Shown here piece after piece: positions 1-9,023 of a DNA stretch of 64,000 nucleotides. The DNA lies in contig DHHC01000021.1 of the NCBI GenBank assembly GCA_002403095.1, positions 1,732 through 65,731 on the forward strand, written 5' to 3'. Position numbers and translations under genes: made by a program. The notes under the pieces are model-generated. The model was not told where the DNA came from. It saw only the letters and a program-made list of their open reading frames with translations, and searched no databases. The DNA is from Leptolinea sp. UBA4782 (GTDB taxonomy: Bacteria; Chloroflexota; Anaerolineae; Anaerolineales; Anaerolineaceae). Every line of letters starts with the position of its first letter. Positions within the stretch are counted from its first letter, which is position 1.

Positions 1-230
1 AACAGCACCCCGGGCTTGTTTCCTTTTCCTGGCAATCGCGCCAGGAGGCTCGAACGGTTCTGACCGTGGTTGATCACACTTACTTCCAGCGCAAGGTCTT
101 CCAGGTACCTGGCGCAATATTCTGCCAGCCGGGTTTCATTGCCAGGCGGGTTGATGCTGTTAATTTTTACCAGCTTGCTGCAAAGCTGTGCCAGCGCCTG
201 TGGGTCAGGGTCAGTTAAAAATGCAGGCAT
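1..230 (-). CDS. N-terminal fragment of an M20-family metallopeptidase/deacylase (ArgE/DapE-like); gene runs off the left edge
   Basis: Own translation of the minus strand from ATG (230..228): MPAFLTDPDPQALAQLCSKLVKINSINPPGNETRLAEYCARYLEDLALEVSVINHGQNRSSLLARLPGKGNKPGVL, open to position 1. This resembles M20 N-termini. AAAGGA lies upstream. It is absent from the ORF track because there is no stop in the window. Confidence 0.5.
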   Translation of the reverse strand, partial: MPAFLTDPDPQALAQLCSKLVKINSINPPGNETRLAEYCARYLEDLALEVSVINHGQNRSSLLARLPGKGNKPGVL

Positions 231-283
231 ACCAGATCCTTTTCTATCTGTATGGGCAGAGACCGAAAACGATTGTAAACAGG

Positions 284-1135
284 TTACTCCCGGTAGCCGC
301 ACAGCGCCAGGGCGCGCGGTCCGGTATTGATCCCGAGCACCGGCCCGGTGATGTTAATCATGATTTCTGCGGGTTTCAATTCAGCCTGGACCTTCTCAGC
401 CAGTTTTTCGGCTTCGGTAGGGGCATTGCCGTGCAACACAGCCACATGCAGGGCACCTTCACCCCGCAAGCCTTCCAGGAATTTCTTATACAGCAGATCC
501 ACCATGCCGTTATGGGTGCGCGCCAGTCCGGCTGGCTCTACCCGCCCGGTTTCATGGTTAATGGAAACCACCGGCTTGATCTGCAGTTTTGTGCCGATCC
601 ACTTGGCAGCATCGCCGATCCGCCCGCCATGCTGCAGGAATTCCATACTCTCCATGCCGACGATCTGCACCAGCTTGCGGCGGACGGTATCCACGCTCTC
701 GAGAATGGCTTTTACATCCAGTCCAAGGCTGCGCTTGCGCACCGTTTCCAGCACCTGCCAGCCCAGGGGCATGGTAGGCCCTTTCGAGTCCACCACGCTG
801 ACGGGGATATTGACCAGCTTGGCGGCGTTCAGTGCCATCTGGTATGCTCCGCTCATGGCGCTGCTCACGGTCAGTACGATCAAGTTCTTCGCGCCTTCAA
901 GGATCGCCTCTTCGTACTTCTTCACAAAGTCTTGAACGGTTGCCTGGGAAGTGGTGGGCTTAACGCTTTCTGTTTCCAGCTTCTGGTAGAACTCAACCGG
1001 CTGCAGGGTCACACGGTCGATGAATTCACGCTCACCCCACAGAATATAGTGGGAGACTACTTTTATGCCATACTGGTCAATAATTTCCTGGGGAATATCG
1101 CAGGTACTGTCTGTAATCACACCGATATGTTGCAT
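284..1135 (-). CDS. DegV-family fatty-acid-binding protein
   Basis: Track ORF 284..1180. Start moved to the internal ATG at 1135 (MQHIGVITDSTCDIP...), which has GAAGGAG 6 nt upstream. DegV-type N-terminus and length (~283 aa). Confidence 0.85.
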   Translation of the reverse strand: MQHIGVITDSTCDIPQEIIDQYGIKVVSHYILWGEREFIDRVTLQPVEFYQKLETESVKPTTSQATVQDFVKKYEEAILEGAKNLIVLTVSSAMSGAYQMALNAAKLVNIPVSVVDSKGPTMPLGWQVLETVRKRSLGLDVKAILESVDTVRRKLVQIVGMESMEFLQHGGRIGDAAKWIGTKLQIKPVVSINHETGRVEPAGLARTHNGMVDLLYKKFLEGLRGEGALHVAVLHGNAPTEAEKLAEKVQAELKPAEIMINITGPVLGINTGPRALALCGYRE

Positions 1136-1218
1136 TATTGCTCCTTCAAAACCACCCGTAATAACAGAAATTATACCCAATGCGCAGGAGAATGCCAGAG
1201 TTTCTGGCGGCAGGGTGA

Positions 1219-2043
1219 TCAGCCCTCGCGGTAAAGGTCAGCCAGGTACTGTGCCAGTTCCCCCAGGTGGGTAAAAATGTAATCCGGCTGGTACGGCGAT
1301 CCAGGCAGGTCTTCTGTACGGGTTTCCCCGCTCAACACCAGGATCGAAGTGATGCCTGCCTCGCGCCCGATAGCGATATCGGTGTACAGGCGGTCGCCTA
1401 CCATCGCCAGGCATTGCAGCGGCAGGTTCATCTTCCTGGCTGCTGCTTCGGCGATCATGCGGTTCGGTTTGCCGATGATGATGTCCGGGCTGCGCCCGGT
1501 GGAGGCTGTCACTGCCGCCAGGAAAGCCCCTATATCCGGCATGAAACCGTGCTCAGTGGGACAATTGATATCCGGATGGGTGGCAATAAAGGGCAGCCCG
1601 GCACGCACAAAATCGCACAATTCCCACAGTTTTTCATACGTCAGGGTGGTATCAAAACCCAGCACCACTGCCTCAGGGTTTTGGTCATCCAGGGTGAAAC
1701 CCCGGCTGCTAAATTCATTTAGCAGTGATGGCGTACCTGCCACGAAAAGCCGTTTGCCGGGGTAGTGCCCTTCCATGTAAATAGCTGTGGCTTCACCGGA
1801 AGTCAGCACTTGCTCCTCGCTCACCCGCAGCCCCATGCGGGAGATTTTCTCAGCGTACAAGTGCCGGTCTTTAGATGAATTATTTGTCAAGAAGAGGTAA
1901 CCGATCCCAAGTTTCTGCAGGGTCTCAATAAACCCCAGCGACCAGGGAAACAGTTTTTCACCCAGGTAAAAAGTTCCATCCATATCGAGCATGAAACAGC
2001 GAATCTCGGTCAGCGGCTGGAGGGTTCGGTTTTGTCCAATCAT
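1219..2043 (-). CDS. HAD-superfamily subfamily IIA phosphatase (NagD/AraL-like)
   Basis: Track ORF 1219..2151. MLDMDGTFYLG (DxDGT nucleophile motif), LTNNS and VGDRLYTDI motifs. Start set to ATG 2043, 4 nt after the stop of the upstream gene. Confidence 0.85.
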   Translation of the reverse strand: MIGQNRTLQPLTEIRCFMLDMDGTFYLGEKLFPWSLGFIETLQKLGIGYLFLTNNSSKDRHLYAEKISRMGLRVSEEQVLTSGEATAIYMEGHYPGKRLFVAGTPSLLNEFSSRGFTLDDQNPEAVVLGFDTTLTYEKLWELCDFVRAGLPFIATHPDINCPTEHGFMPDIGAFLAAVTASTGRSPDIIIGKPNRMIAEAAARKMNLPLQCLAMVGDRLYTDIAIGREAGITSILVLSGETRTEDLPGSPYQPDYIFTHLGELAQYLADLYREG

Positions 2044-2047
2044 TGGA

Positions 2048-3310
2048 TCAGAATACCCCTTCCGGCTTTGGAATAGACAGGATGCGGCCCAGGTTGAGGA
2101 TGGTGAAATATTTGCGCAGGTATAAACCGTATTCCAGGGCTTCGTGCACATCGGTATCGGTCAGCCCAAGCTGGCTGGGATGGGTAGCACCGCCAACCTT
2201 CACCAGCAGGTCTTTGATCTCTGCTGAGGCCGGTACAGTGGCAGCAAATTGCTGGATCAGTTCCCAGCTGTCTCCAATCTTACGGCACATCCGGGCGAAT
2301 TGCTCCGGGGTTTGCTGGAGCGCTTTTTGCTGCACAGCCAGGATCAACTCAGCAGCGGGACCAAATACAGAACGGATACGGGCAACTTCATCCTCTGCAG
2401 ATGGCATACGGGCAGCCTGTAACCTCTCCAAAGCTTCTTCACGGCTGATCTGGCGCAACAATTCATAGTAGCGTGCAACCAGGATGGCTGCCAGCCCTAC
2501 TTTTGCGCCGTGGAACACGGGCGGCCGGTCTTCGCGCGCCAGCTTCATTTCCCAGTAATGCGAAATGACATGTTCAGCGCCTGAAGCCGGGCGTGAATTG
2601 CCCTGCAGGAGCATACAAATGCCTTCCTCGACCAGTCCTTCCATTAACTTATGCATGGCAGTTTCCCACTGGTCGTGCAGAACAGGTACCTGGTCCACAC
2701 AGGTTTGCAGCGCCCTGCGCGAGCGGTCAGCCAGCTCCTGGCTGAAGGCTTCCCCGGCGATGTGGTAGCTGATCGGCCAGTCTGCCAGGGCAGTGTACTT
2801 GCCGAACATGTCGCCGAAGCCCGAAGCGATCAGCGGGCGCGGGGCATGGGTCAGGGTGTCCAGGTCAGCAAAGATCCCTACCGGGGCGGCTGCCATGATG
2901 GTTTGCTTGTATTTCTGGATGGTCAGGGCGCAGCCGGTGGATGCGAAGCCGTCCACCGAAGCGGCAGTCGGCAGGGAAATAAAGGGCATGCCTGCCCGGT
3001 GGCTACAAAAACGCACGATATCGGTCAGGGTTCCTGAACCCACCCCAAGATAGACCCGCCGGCGCTCATCCGGCTCCAGCAGCACCTGGATGAGGTAGGT
3101 CTCATCCGGGGTCGCATTGCCCGGCAGCACAATGGTGCGCAGGCTGCGGTCAATTTTACGGATGGCTGTCTCAACCTCCCGTCCCAGGGCTTCGTATTCG
3201 TTTTCATCCGTCACCAGCGTGAATGCAGTGTATTGCTGCTTAGTAATGAATTTTTCGAGCTCGCTGACGGCGTTTTTGCCAATGTACACTTCGGGAAGCT
3301 TTACGGGCAT
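2048..3310 (-). CDS. AraM-type sn-glycerol-1-phosphate dehydrogenase (iron-containing ADH / dehydroquinate synthase-like superfamily)
   Basis: 420 aa. Blocks VGSGTLTDIVRF, PFISLPTAASVDGFAS, FADLD, GFGDMFGKYTALADWPIS and SRPASGAEHVISH match Bacillus subtilis AraM as I recall it. GGAGAT lies 5 nt before the ATG. Confidence 0.8.
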   Translation of the reverse strand: MPVKLPEVYIGKNAVSELEKFITKQQYTAFTLVTDENEYEALGREVETAIRKIDRSLRTIVLPGNATPDETYLIQVLLEPDERRRVYLGVGSGTLTDIVRFCSHRAGMPFISLPTAASVDGFASTGCALTIQKYKQTIMAAAPVGIFADLDTLTHAPRPLIASGFGDMFGKYTALADWPISYHIAGEAFSQELADRSRRALQTCVDQVPVLHDQWETAMHKLMEGLVEEGICMLLQGNSRPASGAEHVISHYWEMKLAREDRPPVFHGAKVGLAAILVARYYELLRQISREEALERLQAARMPSAEDEVARIRSVFGPAAELILAVQQKALQQTPEQFARMCRKIGDSWELIQQFAATVPASAEIKDLLVKVGGATHPSQLGLTDTDVHEALEYGLYLRKYFTILNLGRILSIPKPEGVF

Positions 3311-3378
3311 GGGGATCTCCGGTGATATCTGCCAGCCAGCGGGTCAGGGCAGGCTGGTTTTTGGATAAGTCAGGTGGC

Positions 3379-4056
3379 TCAGGCGCATTTCTTCAGCAGC
3401 CAATCCACCCAGTCTGCCAGACCCTCTTTGGTGTAGGAGGAGGTCTCGATCACAGGCAAGCCGGGGTGGATGCGGTGTGCCATTTCAATGCACAGGTCTT
3501 TGTCGAATTTCAGGTAAGGCAGCAGGTCAACTTTCGTCAGAACCATCACGGTGGCAAGGTGAAAAGCGAGCGGATACTTGATCGGTTTATCCTCGCCTTC
3601 GGTCACGCTCATCACCACCACTTTTTCCTGTTCGCCCAGGTCGTAGCCTGCCGGGCAAACCAGGTTGCCGACATTCTCAATGAACAGCAAGTCGATCTCG
3701 TCCAGCGGCAGCTGGGCCAGAGCCTTTTGCACCAGGGGCGCATCCAGGTGACAGTTGCCGATGGTATTGATCTGCACCACCGGGACACCGGTCTGGGCGA
3801 TGCGGTCGGCATCGTTGCTGGTTTGCTGGTCACCCTCGATGACGGCACAGCGCAGTTTTCCCCGCAGGGCTTTCAGTGTTTCCACCAGCAGGGTGGTCTT
3901 GCCAGAACCGGGCGAGCTGATCAGGTTGATGGTGTAAACACTTTTTTGGCGCAATAATTCCCTGTTTTCGGCAGCCACAACATCATTGGCTGCCAGGATC
4001 TCCTCTTCCAGCCTGACCACTTTCACTTCAGACGGGATAATTTTTTGCTCTGTCAT
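3379..4056 (-). CDS. hypB: Hydrogenase/urease nickel-incorporation GTPase HypB
   Basis: P-loop SPGSGKTTL, GNCHLDA and ENVGNLVCPA motifs. GAAGGAG RBS overlaps the end of hypA. Confidence 0.9.
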   Translation of the reverse strand: MTEQKIIPSEVKVVRLEEEILAANDVVAAENRELLRQKSVYTINLISSPGSGKTTLLVETLKALRGKLRCAVIEGDQQTSNDADRIAQTGVPVVQINTIGNCHLDAPLVQKALAQLPLDEIDLLFIENVGNLVCPAGYDLGEQEKVVVMSVTEGEDKPIKYPLAFHLATVMVLTKVDLLPYLKFDKDLCIEMAHRIHPGLPVIETSSYTKEGLADWVDWLLKKCA

Positions 4057-4062
4057 TATCTA

Positions 4063-4422
4063 CTACTCCTTCTCAGTCTTTTTGTCTCCCGAAATAGACC
4101 GCACCAGCATCTCGCGTCCTTTACGGATCTCAAATACTTCATCCTTGCAATTCGGGCAGCGCAGGTCTTCCATATCCCCGGGATACTCAATCAAACAATG
4201 GGTGCAGAACAACACCAGCGGGGGACGCTCGATCTCCAGTGTGCTGCCCTCGGCAACGGTGCCTTTGCTGACGAACTCCCAGGCAAACTCCAGGGCATGC
4301 GGTTCCACCCCGCTGAACTGGCCGATCTCAACCAGCAGGCTGGTCACCTTGATCATGTTATTCTGCTCAGCCACCTGGCGGGTGATCTGCATGATACTTT
4401 CGGCTATCCCTACTTCGTGTAT
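4063..4422 (-). CDS. hypA: Nickel metallochaperone HypA, proposed ATA initiation
   Basis: The track ORF starts at ATG 4392. The 10 in-frame codons upstream read I-H-E-V-G-I-A-E-S-I, the canonical HypA MHE... N-terminus. AAGGAG lies 6 nt before the ATA (4422..4420). There is no ATG/GTG/TTG between the ATA and the upstream in-frame TAG. Zn site CTHC...CPNC is present. Confidence 0.75.
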   Translation of the reverse strand: MHEVGIAESIMQITRQVAEQNNMIKVTSLLVEIGQFSGVEPHALEFAWEFVSKGTVAEGSTLEIERPPLVLFCTHCLIEYPGDMEDLRCPNCKDEVFEIRKGREMLVRSISGDKKTEKE

Positions 4423-4502
4423 GGCGGACTCCTTTATTGCCTTGCTGCCTTGCGGCTCTTTATTCTAATGCACAAAACCGTTTTTGCAAGACGGCAGCCG
4501 GG

Positions 4503-5549
4503 TTACACACCCATTACCTTGCGGATGTTCTCAGTAAATGGCGGGTAGATCACCCCGCGCTCGGTAATAATGGCGGTGATCAGCTCCGCCGGGGTAACGT
4601 CAAAAGCCGGGTTACAGACAGGGGTTCCTTCCGGGGCGACCATCTCCTTACCAATACGGATGATCTCGTCTGCGCCTCTCTCTTCGATCTCGATAAAATC
4701 GCCTGAGGGAATGTCCAGGTCAATGGTGCTGGTCGGTCCAACGATATAGAATGGCACATGGTGAGCTTTTGCTACCAGCGCCAGATTATAGGTGCCCACT
4801 TTATTGGCGGTATCACCATTGGCTGCCACCCGGTCGCAGCCCACCGTTACCAGGTCAACCCCCCGGTTTTTCATAATATAGCCGGAGGCGCCATCCACGA
4901 TCAGGGCATGCGGAATGCCCAGGTGTTTCAGTTCCCAGGCAGTCAGTCGGGCACCTTGCAGCCTCGGCCTGGTTTCATCCACGTACACAAAGACTTCCCG
5001 TCCGTGTTCATGGGCGGTGCGGATCAGGCCCAGCGCAGTGCCGTAATCCACTGTAGCCAGGGCGCCGGTATTGCAGTGGTGAATGAAGGCGGCTTTTTGG
5101 GGGACCAGGGACAGCCCGTTCAAGCCGATCTGCTTGTTGGTCTCGATATCTTCCTGCTCCATCTTCTGTGCTTCCGCAAGCACTGCAGCCCGCAACTCGC
5201 CAGGGGCGCCTGATTTTAGTAAAGCAACCCTGTTCAACACCCTGTCCACCGCCCAGAACAGGTTGACGGCAGTTGGACGGGCAGCTTTCAGCATTGCACC
5301 TGCCTGCTGCAGTTCTTCAAGCAGGTCTTGTGTATATTCGGCTGTGCTGTTTCGTGCTGCTATGGCAAGCCCGTAGGCTGCCGCCACCCCGATGGCAGGA
5401 GCGCCGCGCACCACCATCTGGCGGATGGCATCCGCCACCCCCGCCGGGGAATCGTAGTCCACATATACCAGCTCCGCGGGCAATGCCCGCTGGTCAAGCA
5501 GGCGTAGCTTACCCTCGGGGAGCCATTTCATCGTAAAGTAATCGCTCAT
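4503..5549 (-). CDS. mtnA: S-methyl-5-thioribose-1-phosphate isomerase (eIF-2B alpha/beta/delta family)
   Basis: 348 aa. LLDQRALP...VRGAPAIGVAAAYG and the C-terminal NPAFDVTP motif are typical of MtnA. Confidence 0.9.
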   Translation of the reverse strand: MSDYFTMKWLPEGKLRLLDQRALPAELVYVDYDSPAGVADAIRQMVVRGAPAIGVAAAYGLAIAARNSTAEYTQDLLEELQQAGAMLKAARPTAVNLFWAVDRVLNRVALLKSGAPGELRAAVLAEAQKMEQEDIETNKQIGLNGLSLVPQKAAFIHHCNTGALATVDYGTALGLIRTAHEHGREVFVYVDETRPRLQGARLTAWELKHLGIPHALIVDGASGYIMKNRGVDLVTVGCDRVAANGDTANKVGTYNLALVAKAHHVPFYIVGPTSTIDLDIPSGDFIEIEERGADEIIRIGKEMVAPEGTPVCNPAFDVTPAELITAIITERGVIYPPFTENIRKVMGV

Positions 5550-5553
5550 AATA

Positions 5554-7398
5554 TCACTTCCGGGGAGACTTCTCTTGAGAAAAATACATCGATTGGATGA
5601 AGCTGTCGGTAAACCCTGGATAAATGGTCAACTCAATATAGTTGACCTCCCCTGCTAGCTGGCAGGCGGCTGCCCGGTTCTTCTTTGAGAGCAGCATCAT
5701 CTTGGCGCCGGCGCCGGCTGCATTGCCCACCTGGTGATACCGTTCCAGCGGCACATCCGGGAACATGCCGATGCGCACCGCGCTGGACAGGTCGAGGAAG
5801 GTTCCGAAAGCCCCGGCAATGATCCAGCGGTCAACTTCTTCCGCCCCGATTCCGGCGGTTTGCAGCAATACGTTGATACCGGTCCGGATGGCACTCTTCG
5901 CAAGCTGGATCTCGTGCACATCCTTGCGCGTGATCACAATGTCCCGGCCAACCCCTGAATCACCGGCTTCAACCAGCACAAACTCAGAATTGTTGTTTGC
6001 CAGGCGCACCCGTTCGTGTTCCCGGTCCATAGCCCCGCGCCGGTCAATAATATGCGCATCCAGCATTTCAGCGATGCCGCTCAAAATGCCCGTACCGCAG
6101 ATACCCACTGCTGGCACCCTGCCGATGGTGGTTACATGGACATTCCCATCCTCGATGCGTACTTTTTCAATGGCGCCGGCTGAAGCCCGCATACCATCCT
6201 TGATATGTGCCCCTTCGAAAGCCGGACCGGATGCGGTGGAACAGGAAAAGATCCGTCCGCGGTCAATCAGGCTGATCTCGGTATTGGTGCCGATATCCAC
6301 CAGCACCACCCGCTGGTCTTTTACTTCAGGATAAATACTTAGCAAGGCAGAAGTGTGGTCTCCGCCGATATACCCGGCGATGTTAGCCGGTGTGTGCAGG
6401 AGCGCTCCGTCCGCCAGTGCCAGCCCAACCTCACCCGCCAGGATATCAAGCGGCTCTGCCACTGCAGGTACATAAGGCGCGGCCCCCAGCTGCCTGACTG
6501 GCAGCCGGCAGAAGAAATGGTGCATGGCAGTGTTCCCCACCAGCACTGCATCCACCACCTGGCTGCGCGCAATCCCGGCTTCGGTACACATGCCTGTAAT
6601 GGCTTGGTTGAGGGTTTCTACCAGGCGGGTTTGCAGCAGCGTCTGGTTCTCAATCCCCTGGTTGGCAAAGGCAATCCGGCTGACAATGTCTTCACCGAAC
6701 GCGATCTGGGGGTTCATCACCCCGGTTTTGGCTGCGGTGATGCCGCTGGCAAGGTCAACCAGGTACAGGGCAAGTTTGGTCGAACCCATATCCACAGCCA
6801 GCCCGTACAGCGGTGTTCCGACAGGCAGCGTTGCCACCAGTATTGCCGCTTCATGGCCAGGTCTGACAGCCAAACGTACTTTCCAATCCTGTGCACGAAG
6901 CATCTCGCTCAGGCGGGTAATCCCTGCCAGGTCTGCCTGCAGCGGGGATAACCCCATTTTCTTCACTTCCTGGTCAACCCGGGTGAAATCTGAGCGCAGG
7001 TCGGTATTGGCAGGCAGCGGGATTTCCAGGTCAAGCGGCACTACCGCCGGATCCAGGTCGAAAAGCCTGTCCTGCCCGTCCACCTGCAGGCGCTGCATTG
7101 CCGGCATGGATTCGGGCGGTATTTCTATCCTGACATCCCCGGCAGGGTAAGCCTGGCAGGCAAGCCGGTAACCGGCATTCAGCTGATCTGCGGTTAATGT
7201 CTCTGTTTCAACCTCAGTAACCGCGGACAGCCTGCCCTTGATCAGCCTCACCTGGCAGGTTCCACAGATGCCTGCCCCGCCGCACACTGCAGCAAGGTCT
7301 GCACCTGCATGCTGTGCAGCTGCAAGCAGGCTGACATCCCCTGGTACTTCGAGGCGCCTGCCAATGGGGGTGAATTCGACCTTGTATTGTCCAATCAT
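5554..7398 (-). CDS. Reductive activase of corrinoid enzymes (RACo-type): N-terminal plant-type 2Fe-2S ferredoxin plus ASKHA ATPase domain
   Basis: Track ORF 5554..7455. Start set to MIGQYKVEF (ATG 7398), which forms an ATGA overlap with the upstream stop. CGGAGICGTCQV...ACQA is a Fer2 motif. DMGSTK and DIGTNTE are ASKHA phosphate motifs. Confidence 0.8.
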   Translation of the reverse strand: MIGQYKVEFTPIGRRLEVPGDVSLLAAAQHAGADLAAVCGGAGICGTCQVRLIKGRLSAVTEVETETLTADQLNAGYRLACQAYPAGDVRIEIPPESMPAMQRLQVDGQDRLFDLDPAVVPLDLEIPLPANTDLRSDFTRVDQEVKKMGLSPLQADLAGITRLSEMLRAQDWKVRLAVRPGHEAAILVATLPVGTPLYGLAVDMGSTKLALYLVDLASGITAAKTGVMNPQIAFGEDIVSRIAFANQGIENQTLLQTRLVETLNQAITGMCTEAGIARSQVVDAVLVGNTAMHHFFCRLPVRQLGAAPYVPAVAEPLDILAGEVGLALADGALLHTPANIAGYIGGDHTSALLSIYPEVKDQRVVLVDIGTNTEISLIDRGRIFSCSTASGPAFEGAHIKDGMRASAGAIEKVRIEDGNVHVTTIGRVPAVGICGTGILSGIAEMLDAHIIDRRGAMDREHERVRLANNNSEFVLVEAGDSGVGRDIVITRKDVHEIQLAKSAIRTGINVLLQTAGIGAEEVDRWIIAGAFGTFLDLSSAVRIGMFPDVPLERYHQVGNAAGAGAKMMLLSKKNRAAACQLAGEVNYIELTIYPGFTDSFIQSMYFSQEKSPRK

Positions 7399-8093
7399 GG
7401 CGTTTCCAGTGCCTGGTGATAGCTGCACATGCTGTTCATCGAGCAGAACTTGCATGGCTTGCCGCCCCTCTGGATTTGCCCACCCAGGCCGATGGCCATA
7501 GAGGCGGATTTACGCGGCAGCATCATGCCGCTAGGCAAGAGCCTGACCAGCTGCGGATCTGGCTGCAGGGCAGCAAACACCTGGGGCTGCCCCTGCTCAA
7601 CGCTCCACCCCAACATGCCGGGGCTGAAAGCAATAGTGGAAGATTGTCCTGCTGCCTCTGCCTGCTGCTCGATCTTCTGGCAATACCAGAAGGAAAGCAT
7701 ATCAACTGCCGCGTTCGCCAGGCCGTCCAGCGCCAGGCTTAGTGCCATATCGCCGTCATGCCCGGCCTGGTGAATTTTTTCCTCAAGCGCGGAACCAATC
7801 GTAACGATTGCCAGGGCTATCCTGTCTGCCCCGTCCAGCTGTTCGCTGATCAATTCCCCTGCCAGTGCGTATATTCCGTTCAGGAAGATACCCGTCTGTT
7901 TGTCCTTGCTGACCGAAAAAGTATCATGAATAACAGCAGGGCTTACCAGCCCTGCCCCAACATCGATCGCTTTTTCTGCCAGGTCCACCAGGACGGGACG
8001 GCGCACACGCACTACGGCCGGATCTGCCCCCTGACCCCGCAGGACCATATCTGCTGTGAAGTCCAGAGGAATATCTGTGTAGATTTGTGCCAA
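7395..8093 (-). CDS. Methionine synthase (MetH) activation-domain protein
   Basis: 232 aa. Overall resemblance to the stand-alone B12-dependent methionine synthase activation domain (SPG..GW, LP..MM.P..S blocks), with a C-terminal CxxC...C tail. TTG start with GAGG 7 nt upstream. Confidence 0.65.
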   Translation of the reverse strand: MAQIYTDIPLDFTADMVLRGQGADPAVVRVRRPVLVDLAEKAIDVGAGLVSPAVIHDTFSVSKDKQTGIFLNGIYALAGELISEQLDGADRIALAIVTIGSALEEKIHQAGHDGDMALSLALDGLANAAVDMLSFWYCQKIEQQAEAAGQSSTIAFSPGMLGWSVEQGQPQVFAALQPDPQLVRLLPSGMMLPRKSASMAIGLGGQIQRGGKPCKFCSMNSMCSYHQALETP

Positions 8094-8102
8094 ACTTAGC
8101 CT

Positions 8103-8999
8103 CTATGATGCAGCATCCAGCCGGGATACCGTGGCTGCAATGGCTGCCAGGTGTTCCGGGGATGTACCGCAGCACCCGCCTACCAGGCTGGCACCGGCTT
8201 CTACCCAGGCCGGGACATTATCGCCCATGTCTTGCGGGCTGACATCGTAAACGGTATTGCCGCTTTCGTCCACCCTCGGAAGGCCGGCATTGGGTTTAAA
8301 CCAGATCGGCAGGCTGGTAGCAGAACGCAGCTCTCTGAGCGCTTTCATGTTCTCATCCAGGCTGCGCCCGCAATTGATTCCGAGGATATCCACCTTGAAT
8401 TGCTGCAGCTCTGCAGCTGCCTGGGCGGGTTTTACCCCCATCATCGTGCGCCCGGCGCGCTCATAGCTGAAGGAGACCGCCAGAGGCAGGCTGGAGACTG
8501 AGCGCACCCCTTTCACCGCAGCCAAAGCCTCGCCGAGGTCGAACTGGGTCTCGATCACAAGCAGGTCCACCCCGGCTGCTGCCAGGCTGACAGCCTGGGC
8601 TGCGTAGGATGCTTCAGCGTCTGCCGGATCCAGGGTTCCCAACGGGGAAAGCATTTGCCCGGTTGGGCCAAGAGAACCAGCCACAAAGACATCCGTCCCT
8701 TCGGCCGCCTGCTTTGCCAGTGCAGCTGCCTTGCGGTTGATCTCATCGGCTTTATCCTGCAGGTTAGCATGCTGCAGCCGGTAGCGGTTGCCATTGAACG
8801 AACAGGTCAGGATGACATTCGCTCCCGCCTGGATGAAATCCTGGTGGAGCTGAAGGATCTTTTCCGGATGCTCGAGCATCCAGCTTTCACTTAACTGGCC
8901 GCTTTCCAGTCCGCGCGCTTGCAGGTTCGTGCCGGTCGCACCATCCAGCACGAGCACTTTGCCGGCTGCCAGTGTGGCTAAAATATCTTTTGGGGGCAT
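8103..8999 (-). CDS. Homocysteine S-methyltransferase-domain protein (MetH Hcy-module-like)
   Basis: 298 aa. LDGATGTNL N-terminus. Zn-ligand cysteines occur in GINCGRS and VGGCCGTSPEH. Confidence 0.85.
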   Translation of the reverse strand: MPPKDILATLAAGKVLVLDGATGTNLQARGLESGQLSESWMLEHPEKILQLHQDFIQAGANVILTCSFNGNRYRLQHANLQDKADEINRKAAALAKQAAEGTDVFVAGSLGPTGQMLSPLGTLDPADAEASYAAQAVSLAAAGVDLLVIETQFDLGEALAAVKGVRSVSSLPLAVSFSYERAGRTMMGVKPAQAAAELQQFKVDILGINCGRSLDENMKALRELRSATSLPIWFKPNAGLPRVDESGNTVYDVSPQDMGDNVPAWVEAGASLVGGCCGTSPEHLAAIAATVSRLDAAS

Positions 9000-9023
9000 G
9001 TTTCTCTTTTCCCTGAGAGCAGA

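Noticed and set aside
188-1234. 348-aa plus-strand ORF (and 327..935) covering the DegV locus
   Set aside because: It is fully antisense to a recognisable DegV gene. The translation is low-complexity and rich in Gln, His, Gly and Arg, with no family resemblance. This is a typical shadow ORF in GC-rich DNA.
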